A stretch of 64,000 nt of DNA. Origin: Trichoplax adhaerens. Lineage: Eukaryota; Animalia; Placozoa. Each line of letters starts with the position of its first letter. Position 1 is the stretch's first letter. The DNA lies in NCBI RefSeq assembly GCF_000150275.1, contig NW_002060951.1:374775-438774 (forward strand). The letters are read 5' to 3'. A model generated the notes under the pieces. That model made no database searches. It worked only from the letters and a program-made list of their open reading frames with translations, and had not been told where the DNA came from. Positions 42,234 through 54,945 of the stretch are shown here, one piece after another. The position numbers and the translations under genes were made by a program.

Positions 42234-44153
42234 ATGAGTGAACATGAATCATACGGGGAGAATCGATCTTCAAAAAGGCGAAAAAGGAAAGAAAAGAAAA
42301 AGTTAGAGTTAATTTAAAGTTAAACTAAGCGTCAATAGTGATATTCGTACCACTTTGCATGAGCATTTTGGGATTTCAATCACTGATAGAGAACGTACTG
42401 TACTCTACACTTATACAGTTCTGATCAACAGCTCGAGCAAACATCCCCACCGCTTCTCCTTGCTTCATTTCTAAATTTGTTTTGTCTGCAACTTTCCTTA
42501 GGATGAATATTAAAATTTTCGCATGACATGATCTGCTTGACATATCGAGATTCATAAATCGCATTTCTATATTTGTTCCATTCTGCATGCATAGCTACTG
42601 GCTATCTTATATGATTATTATTATTATTTATGAATAGAGTTTACTGCAAAGCTCTACAGTATATATATATTAATATATACTAACTAAATACAGCACAGCG
42701 AATTACGTACTGTACTGTATGTAAGCCATCGACAGTATGATTTATATTTATTTATATATAGTACGCGTATAATCAATATACGTAATCAGCCAAAATAAAT
42801 CTAGGCTATGGAAACTTGAATACACGTATGTGATATGCGATACTGCCTCTTAGTGGTCTTTCGTGATCTTGTATTCTGGAATTCAGCACTGTACCCTACA
42901 GTAGTTCTAGATCGTGACTGGTGATTAGACTTGATCTTTGTTATTCTGTAATACGTATAATGTCTTTGCAAAATTGCTGTGTGAATACTACTACTGCTAA
43001 TAAAAAAAGTACAAGTTGAATAGTGTAAATCATTTTACGTTTTTGCAACTATATCATACAGTACTTTCTACTAAACTGAATATGATTTTTTTGGAAAACT
43101 TGTTCCTAGTGGATCGCTAACGATAGAAATGCTATTAATTTTATTTTATTCTAGGTCTAAACATAGAAAAGTAAAAAAGAAGAAGTATAGCGCTGAATCA
43201 CGTAGTCCTTCACTATCGCTATCATCTCAATCACCGTCAATATCAGAATCTGAATTAGCAAATGATTATCATTCCAGAGTTTTACCGGTGGAGGAACAAA
43301 TAAATAATTTTCGAGAGCTTAGAAGTTATTACAATGACAGGGAGCAATTGTTAAGCCTAGCTATCGATCACTTAAATAATGAATTTGAAGATATAATACC
43401 TGAAATTTTACGGGTATGCCGTCATTTCTATATACGTATACAGTCATAGATAGCTGTAATCAGTATATTAGACTGTTCTGAAACCCTAAAAATTGAAATT
43501 TTCTTTACTCCTTTGTGCCGCATCGAAGTAGTCATACTTCTGAAAATGGTAGCAATTTTTAACGGTTCCTCTAGTTTACAGAATATTTTGTAATAACTAT
43601 TACTAATGAAGATAATTTAATAATTTAATTTATGTAATAGTATGCTAGTCGATGTTCAGGTATCGTTTTCATCACTAAAGTACGAGTATCTTTGAATTTT
43701 TGTTATTATCAGGAAATTGGTCTGGATGAACTTAAGGCTATGTGTCTATCGGAACTATCGACATTAAAGTCTAATACTTTACGAGACATTTTGGGAATGG
43801 AAAGAGCAAGTTCCGATGACGAGGATTTACAAATGCGAGAAGAAGAATTACAACAGTGTCAATCTAGCGACCAAGATATTAGTAGTTCTGCGAGTGTAGA
43901 CAAGGAAGTCCAAATAGATGGTAACACTCTTGCTGATACTGACGCCACTGCAGTCACTGAAGATATTCAAATAGCCGACAAAAATCCAAACTCAAGCAAT
44001 CAACAGGGATCCACATCAACGGTTACCGATATACCTGATCGTACCGATTCAACAAGTGATGACTCCGGCTCAGATAATGAGGTGTTGGAAAGAAAATTAA
44101 GAGAAAAATTATTAAGGTCTTTACTGGAAAATAAAAAAAAGCGAAAATGCTAG
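42234..44153 (+). CDS. CAAP1: CAAP1 (caspase activity and apoptosis inhibitor 1, C9orf82)-like protein, ~255 aa; exons 42234-42301, 43155-43413, 43713-44153
   Basis: Basic K/R-rich N-terminus. Core FRELRSYYNDREQLLS...IIPEILR|EIGLDELKAMCLSELSTLKSNTLRDILG matches the CAAP1 domain as I recall it (human LKPVSFYISDKKEML...MLPDVLKNCSIEEIKKLCQEQLELLSEKKILKILEG). C-terminal LERKLREKLLRSL resembles LELEMRARAIKAL. Junction phases are compatible. Confidence 0.75.
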
Positions 44154-47100
44154 TCCGGCATTTAGACTCAAATGTGGATCTAATTCAGTACTGCCTGTTG
44201 TATAGTATTTGTTACACAGTTACGCTAGTTTGTCCTATTTTTTACACTGACTCTGATCAGTATGGCAACATGCTACACGTTTGTATCAAAAGTTTCTTTT
44301 CGTGTATTGATGTTGATGTAGTTTTTCGTGCCGACTAATTGGCATGCTTCAAAGTGTACAGCACAGGTCTGCGAAATACTTGTATGTTATTATTCGGATG
44401 TATACTGCCGAGTGTACACTTGTACAGTTAGTAATCCATATATTATCATGTAAGTATTTTAGTCTTTTGTTAATTGTAAGTTAATGTTTTTTCAAGACAG
44501 TTGTAAATGTCTTAAGAACCTTTCATTAGGAATTTCTACCGAAACAAGAAATGATTTAATTTAATAACTTGTTCATGAAAGTAACCGCTTTATTGTTTGA
44601 AGAATTATACAATATAATAACAAATTTATCTCAATACAGATCTAAGATAATGTGAGCGGAAGATGCATGATATACTTTCAATATAATCGCTTTTCTGTTA
44701 GTAAATCATTTTTAAATAGATACCATGAGCTGTATCATGCTTGTATGCAGTAGGCTACCTCTTTAGGAATTACTTCGTGTTATTTAGGTTGCGAATGATA
44801 GCAATTCAATTCTTATGTCGAGAATTTATGTATTTATTGGGGGCAAAGGCAGGATGAAGTTGTTATTGCACGAGTATTTAATTACTGTAATTTCTCATTG
44901 CACGATCAAGACATCTCTGCAGCATACGCAATTTGAGTCTGCGGCTAAAGGTCGTATCAATGGAAAGTAGTCATTTGAAGAGGAGATAATTTACCTAACT
45001 TAAAAAGGTCTACATTTCTCAATTTATTTTAAACCCTGCTGTTGCCCGCTGTGATATTTACAATAGAATTTAGACTAGTAAATAAGTACGAATTAGTAAG
45101 ATGTGCCTCGAGCTTTAAGGCTGTGAACTATAGTAAATCCACTATTTTTCCGCATCGAGCCTTCAGATTAATTTCTCCTTGCTTGGTTGTAACGATTCAC
45201 CAATAGGTAAGGCAAATACGTGTACTGAAAACGAATTATAATTATGATTAGACGTTGGATACAAAATCAGTTGAGAATTCAGCGGCATTTTGGAGCGGAA
45301 ATTGTAAAATATTAAATCACGTTAAACAATTTATGCTTATTTCCATGATTGAGATACAGTAAGAACTACTTGAATATCGCAATGTTTAGAAAGGTTCAAA
45401 GCAATTTCGAAAAGATGCATTAATAAGTACGTCAGATAGAAAATGCTATGTCAATAGTTATGGGAATAAAAACCAAAATTTAATTACACCTAAAGTTAAA
45501 TAACGAGAAGTCGCTATGAAAGGAACGCGATCAAATGCATTAATATTCATCGAAATGGTTATTATTAGCAAAATTCAGCTAAAAATATGTGCAACGTTTG
45601 GTCAAATGTTAGGAATAGTACAATTAATGAAATCAAAGAAATCTTTTGACACCTTTAGATTTCAATTATCCTTCTAAGCAATAAATCGCGGTAGTTTATC
45701 CGTTGTATGCAAGAAATCAAAGAGTCAACGCTGGCATTTCTCAGCAATATATTTTGTCCATGATTCGCGATGACTACACTATTCGCACTTGCTCTTTATG
45801 TGTCGTACATACTGCTTACATTTTAAATACAGATTGTGGCTGTGTTAACCTCAACATCTCCGTAAATGAAATTACCTTATAAAGGTACGGTAATCCGTAA
45901 GGTACTGTACATCACGAAATTTTAGTGTTTAATACCGTGATGTTAATATTTTTAACAGAACGACGTTGATAGCTATAACAGAATGCAGTAACGTAAATAT
46001 TTTAGAAGGACTTCTATCGAAACTGATAAGGATGCTGCAAAATCTTAGGAACACAGTTATAACATCGCTATGGGCGTTCTTCACTGGATAACACGAGTAC
46101 TGTAAGTATAGTACAGTGTACATACTGTACACTGGACGACGAACGTTGTAATGCAGAAACAGAAATCTACTGTACTTGGGCTAATTGCCATTACGTTTCT
46201 ATGTACGGTCCATCGTTATATTATAATTATATATTAATTATTATTAATGCAGTAGCATCCAAATATTAAAATAGATTCTCTAAATAAAATTATAATAATT
46301 ATTAATTAATTTCCTTAATGTATCCACTTTTAATAGGTGATACATACGTATAACTCAGGACCGCGCTGTACAAAAGTGCATGTACACTGTAAATGTACCA
46401 TGGACTTCTAAAGAGAATTTTCTCTCAGAAGTCCCTAACTGTCGTGTACTGTACTTTAATTCTCTTATAAATAGACAACAACACTTTAAAGTCAATCGCA
46501 CTATTTCATCTGGGGGCAAATAATAATATAGGACGTCGAAATGAAATGAATTAAACTAATTAATTAACTTAGAGAATTTATCGATTTTATGTCTTCCTAC
46601 ATTTGCAAATTGCAAAACTTATAATGGAGGATAAGGCATAATGTCGTTTAGAGTAATAAGAGGTCAATAAAATATTTCGATATAGTTGAGATCGATAATT
46701 GTAAATTTAAACCAGTATTGGGTAACGAAAGGAAATGATAAGCAAGGTGCGATGGATGCGCAATTTTAGTCATTATATTGCATGCTAATCAACAATTCAG
46801 CACGGGGCTCAATCATAACAGAATAAACCAAATATTACCAAATTTACAGAAACACATTACAATTCAAAGATTGCATAACAGATTCAAAATATTGGACAAC
46901 AGAAAAGTTAAATGTATAAAGGAAAAGCACTTTCTACGCGCTAGACAATTCCAATCACGATACAGCACTAATTATACTCCTGCTAAGGAATGCAGGAAAA
47001 TTCGTAACTATCAAACGTAAGTTAAAATAACGATTAGAGATTACCGATGTAGAACGAATAATGCCTACGATAAATTATAAATTATAGAGTATAATTAATG

Positions 47101-47550
47101 TCACAAATGATGAAAGATAAAAAATAAAATAAAATTAGCCTTTCGATGGTCAATAATAATTAATTAATCGATGGACTGATAGTATGTTGACGTTCAACTG
47201 CAGCAGCGTCGTTGGCAGAGCTACAGTACTCGATAGCAAGTTTCGATCAGCATCCATTAGTTTTACCAGTCATGCTAGCAAAATATATTCGCGATGGAGC
47301 ATCTACTAGCTCACGTCAGCTTTATAATATATCGTGAATAGCCGGCTAGTGACTAGAGCATAGGGTACCGATATTTTTACGTAGATAATTAACATCGAAT
47401 ATGACACTGTCTGCAGAAATGAGGACATAAATTATATTAAGGCTGCCTAAAACTTAGTCCTGTAAAGTACTGTGTACGTGTGTAGTTCTCTGTAACTCGA
47501 ATAACTTTTCTCCAGTATTAAATTATAAGGTTAATTAATAACGATTTGCA

Positions 47551-49811
<2,261 letters not shown>

Positions 49812-49894
49812 TCAATCGTACGAGAAATTAATTCCAAATGTTGGTCCAAAGATTTGAGCTTTTACTTGCTGATACAGTGACATGCAATCACCTA

Positions 49895-50075
49895 TATACT
49901 GTACACAGTGTACAGTACAGTACTGTAACACAGCTCAGCTTCAGTACAGTGTACTGTATGCTATACAGTCTTGAACAGTGCAGTACTGTACAGTATACAG
50001 TAGTACAGTACAGTACTGTATCCTACAGTGCGAAGAAATCCATTGTACTGTACTGTACCGTACTGTACTGTACTA
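49895..50075. repeat. (TACAG/CTGTA)n array in the divergent ELAV/METTL4 intergenic region (putative bidirectional promoter)
   Basis: tactgtacacagtgtacagtacagtactgta...tgtactgtactgtaccgtactgtactgtact; lies ~100-275 bp upstream of the ELAV ATG and ~350 bp upstream of the METTL4 coding start. Confidence 0.8.
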
Positions 50076-50419
50076 ACAAAAGATTAGCACGTCTCTCGCT
50101 GAGGGTCCGTTTAAGGACCACTAGGAAGCCTAGTGGACTATGCTACTATGCAAATGATGCTTCCACCTTGAATACACTGAAGTTGCTGCGGACTTTACTT
50201 TTGCGTTTTGGCATCGTTTGCAGATCTCTAGCTCGAGCTATACCTAGTTGCATCGAAAGTGATTGAAAACCGATCCAACAACAGTGGTGCATGCGACTTT
50301 AAATAAATAAATTTGGTAACGGCTGGCATTTACTGGTTTCTTTCGTTGTTGCCACTCCAAGATGCTAACACAACCCAGCATTTATTTCTATTAGCAGTCT
50401 CTGTACGTTACTCATAAAT

Positions 50420-53094
50420 CTGGCTGTTATTGCTGGCCATCCATCTGGGTGGCTAATTAGCCATAAGAAAGCCGTTGATGATGCATTTGCGTTGCATACA
50501 GTTTTAGCGTATGATTCGCAACAAAATGTATGCACTGATATAGGCAAATATTCCTATCTGGATATTCTGTTTGATTTACGGAAACCTCGCATTCCTGCCA
50601 ATAGAAACTTGGGTAGTGACCCTACAATACCAAAGGTACAGTTCTTTTTTTATGGTGTCTTGCTGAAACTGTACTGTATGATTGCTTAATAGCACTTTAT
50701 GCTATTATTAATCGTAAATACTAGTAGAACTCTCGCTCGTGATACTTTACGTACTGTACTAGTACTTTTACTTTACATCATCTCGTGTGCAGTGTATGTA
50801 TATAATTTTCATAAAAATATAATAAATACTGTCATTAATTACTAATGATTACGGAATTATTGTCTTATTATTCTTTATACAAGAAAAAGAAACGTAAGAG
50901 GAAGGCACCTGTAAACATTGGAGAGCTTCAACAGCTACAGTATCATAAGAAGGTATGAAATATGCGTTATAGAATATGGACTGTTTAGCTTAATATATGA
51001 CGTAAGCCATTAATTTAATGTGAATCTGTGCTAGGCAAGTTTTGCTCTAAAATTTAAAAGTTTATTCTATTTTTTGATTACTTATTGATAAAGGCGATAA
51101 TTACTCTACCAAATCGTGTAGTTAGCCGTGAATTGATTATTTCTTAGCCGCTTAACTAAATTGTGGCGTGTGCTTTCAAGAATTCAGCGACAATTATAGC
51201 ATAAGTGTAAAACTTATAATTATTACTGTATTTATTTTATAGGTTAGGAATTGCATCGTTGCGAGCTATCGACAAATATTGGATTCTAGTTTAATAACCG
51301 GTTATTTTCTGGAAGGTGGAAATATGCGTAATAATACTGAATCTTTCAACTCTGAGGGGGAGTTACAACAACATACACTTTTACCATCAGGTATAACCAC
51401 AATATTCGTTGCCATTTATTGCGTGTTTAGTATTCGCCTAAATCGGTTGAGATGCGCTAGACTACTCAGTTTTTTTTAATTGTTGTATATTAAAATAAGC
51501 AGATACTTTCAATATTTGTAGAGGGATCTTCATGCCTATTATCACAATTATGCAGCTTATCGAAAATTACTACTAATGTTGACGATTGCAATCCTTTCTT
51601 AGTAACTGAGAAAAATATTTGTAAGTTTCTTAAACTGATATAAGAGATCATATAAGGTGTAAGATTGCATGTTATTAGCTATGTTTAGCTTGATATTATT
51701 TATTTTTCTTACTATTTCTATTTTAGGCAAAATTTCAAACCCGAATTTTTATGCGTTTAATCGGCTAATTAAGAATACTCTCCTTCAGCCGATTGCCATT
51801 GAAGTAGCCGGTGGAAAATACTTTGTACCGCCGAAAAGCAAATTTGTAATGTCAGATATTTCTTGTCTGGATGCTTTACTGAAAGGCAAGTATATGACTA
51901 TAGCTACTGTATTTATCACTTGTTACTGTTACCAAGACTTTGTAAGTATAAATGTAAGTACTGCCAGTACTGCTATTGCTATATGATGTAGAAATAGCTT
52001 ATGTATGTTACTTCTCAGTATAGGATTTGTTTACTTTAATCGTCATGCTTCGTTCCTTTAGCAAAGCCTAAAGATGGTTATGACTTGATAGTAATCGATC
52101 CTCCTTGGGAAAATAAGTCAGCTAAGAGAGGCAGTCAGTATGTAGCGTGATGTGATCAAAATTACAACTTTAACTAAGTGTGATTTGAAAGCAAAGAATT
52201 GCTTGCTGTTAACTACCTTAAAATGACTATGTTTATAGATATCATTGGTTAACGACCGATCAGTTACTTCAGTTACCCATCACAGAATTACTGGCCAGAC
52301 ATGGACTTGTCGTGGTATGGATTACTAACAAACAGAAATTGTTAAGGGATGTCAGAGATGTATTGTTTCGAGAATGGAAATTAATTGAAATAGGAGAATG
52401 GCATTGGATTAAGGCATGAAGGATAAGAATTCTGCGCTTTAAATTAGAAAGTAAAATTATAAAAATGCTTACTTTCTTATTTTTTTCTGTTAGCTGACAA
52501 CTGGCGGTGAATTTGTATATGATCTCGACTCTAGTCACAAGAAACCATATGAAATTTTGCTGATTGGGGTGAAATCAGGGCTATCTGAAGATCTCCCAAG
52601 TGCATGTAGTTCAGAGTTACCTGAAAGTATTGCCGCTTTTCCTAAACATAACGTTATTTGCAGTATCCCATCATTGGTTCATTCACATAAGCCTCCTCTT
52701 GATGGTAAATCGATCGGTTTAATTTATACTATTACTAGAAATTTCTAAACGAGTACAAGCTCGATTTTGGATGCCTTTCATATGATTAGTATCCATTTTA
52801 GATTTGAAAATATTTTACTGCAGGTATATTCGCTCGTTTTATCCGTGAACAACCTAACTGCTTGGAAATGTTTGCTAGGAGTTTGATTCCTCATTGGACA
52901 AGTTGGGGAAATGAGGTCTGTGATTCTAAAAAAATTTTATATTATTTAATGTGGCAAACGTTCTTGATTCGTCCTTAGAGCTAGTACCAACTTTTGTTAA
53001 GTTTTAGTTAGGCTGTATTGGTTGTAATAAAGTTTAAATTCTCTTGTAGGTCCTTAAATTGCAGAATTCAGTATACTTCAAGAAAATACTGTAG
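50420..53094 (+). CDS. METTL4: METTL4 N6-adenine methyltransferase (MT-A70 family), ~429 aa; exons 50420-50635, 50884-50952, 51243-51390, 51522-51620, 51727-51885, 52062-52137, 52239-52413, 52494-52704, 52824-52915, 53050-53094; start uncertain (CTG at 50420)
   Basis: Catalytic DLIVIDPPWENKS; PPKSKFVMSDISC; VVVWITN; WHWIK|LTTGGEFV; HKKPYE; HSHKPPL; CLEMFARSLIPHWTSWGNE|VLK. N-terminal GWLISH and KRKRK...GEL...YH motifs resemble METTL4. Confidence 0.9.
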
Positions 53095-54179
53095 TTTTTC
53101 ATTAGGAGAAGGCTGGATAGAATTATGTAACTACCAATAAGGATCCTTTCATTGAAATTGGACGAGGATTGTTTATTAATCTATATCTATCTGATCTGAT
53201 ACCTTACTGTAAATACTGTAGATTACTAAATTATTGATAATACCAAATTCTGCCCTCTTTTTAGCTTTCCAAGAAAGAATGATGAGTTGTGTAAAGTTAT
53301 TAACACACTTGAATTGCTTATCAAGCGTTAAGAGATTCTTATGACTGTACTGTATATTATCCTGTTCTGCGTATGAGACATCACTGTACTTTTAAATCGC
53401 TTTTCTGATACTGTCATATCGTAATTTCGGTGGTACAGTGATTTACTACTGTAACTGTATCTTATTCTATGGCATGGGTCTACTGTATTGTGAACTTCTT
53501 GCTCTGTTGCGCTCGAGATGAAGAACAGTTAGTTTATGTACAACATATCTTCATTGGCTGATCGCTTCAAAAGTGATTCACGGAAGAAGATTGAAATCGA
53601 TATACATTATTCAAGTGTAATAAACTGCGCAGTAATTTTCTGTGCATTGCTCTAGAAAGCAAATCAACTCTATCTTCATAATGATTTCGAAAATTTTTTT
53701 CTCCAGCAAATGGAAATTGCCAAACTCTATCTGATGCTAGAGTATAGTCAAGGAAAATTGACTGCATATCCTTGTGAATTATGGCGCATTTATTGGTATT
53801 TGTAGTTTGTACTGTAGTGAAATATTAAAACATTGCAACTGTCAAGAATTACTAGATACTTTGCCAGTAAGGTATCTAGTCCGCTGCAGAAGTACAGTGA
53901 GGTCAAACTTTCTTTTAAATGGTGTAAATCTGACTCTTTCAAAAGGAGAGTCTGTTGCAACTTTAAATTGCTATCCTAGCTCGCGCGGTTTGCTTTTGAG
54001 TTAGGATAAAATAGGGAAAAGCTCTTTTACACCTTTCTCTATCCCTTTCATAATGTGTCTTTAATGCAGTTAAAATATTATATTTGCTGTTAATATTAAA
54101 AAAAATAAATACTTGGTGTTTACGTCATCGTTTGAATGCTTAAGATTACTTAGGATTGTACACCTGTCGATTGTTTGCT

Positions 54180-54250
54180 TCAGTACTATACTGTACAGTA
54201 CAGTACAGTACAGTGCTGTACTGTAGACTGTGTACTGTACACTGTACGGA
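54180..54250. repeat. (TACAG/CTGTA)n array upstream of RANBP3
   Basis: cagtactatactgtacagtacagtacagtacagtgctgtactgtagactgtgtactgtacactgtac. Confidence 0.8.
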
Positions 54251-54314
54251 TTCGCGCCTGGCCATAGCAATCTGACGTTGCCCGCCGTTACTGTATTCCA
54301 GTAACTCATCCAGT

Positions 54315-54850
54315 ACTACTAATGTGCTCATACATATAATATTGTATGATACTGAACTGTACAGTACATTACATGTGAAGCTGGGGTAGTGGAGGAGTCT
54401 AAGATTGTACCGTAGTCTGTCCGGCAGTAAATAAAAGCGCGACGCGCAAGCTAACAGTAGTAGTCTTACCATTGTACAGGAAAGGCAATTCCACTACTAA
54501 TGTACTCATACATATCATACTGCATGATACTGAAGTGTACATTACATGTGAAGCTGGTATAGTGGAGGAGTCTAAGATTGTACCGTAGTCTGTCCGGCAG
54601 TAAATAAAAGCGCGACTCGCAAGCTACAGTAGTACAGTACAGTACAGGTAGTCTTACCATTGTACAGGAAAGGCAATCCCACTACTAATGTACTCATACA
54701 TATCATATTGTATGATACTGAAGTGTACATTACATGTGAAGCTGGTATAGTGGAGGAGTCTAAGATTGTACCGTAGTCTGTCCGGCAGTAAATAAAAGCG
54801 CGACTCGCAAGCTACAGCAGTTAGTCTTACCATTGTACTGGAAAGGCAAT
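54315..54850. repeat. Three tandem copies of a ~170-188-bp unit ending ~95 bp upstream of the RANBP3 ATG
   Basis: Copies start at 54315, 54493 and 54681 (actactaatgt.ctcatacatat...gtacattacatgtgaagctgg..tagtggaggagtctaagattgtaccgtagtctgtccggcagtaaataaaagcgcgac.cgcaagcta...gtcttaccattgtac.ggaaaggcaat) and are nearly identical. Confidence 0.95.
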
Positions 54851-54945
54851 TAAGGCAATTTGCTTCTTATTCATACACAGTGTGTTTATGTCCAGGAGCT
54901 ATACGACGAGGCTCGCAATTGAAAGTAAAAAATTTCCTTGATAAA

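Noticed and set aside
54315-54850. Tandem array considered as CRISPR or an snRNA/tRNA cluster
   Set aside because: Whole units repeat with no unique spacers; eukaryotic context; no match to U1/U2/U4/U5/U6, 5S or tRNA motifs that I can recognise.
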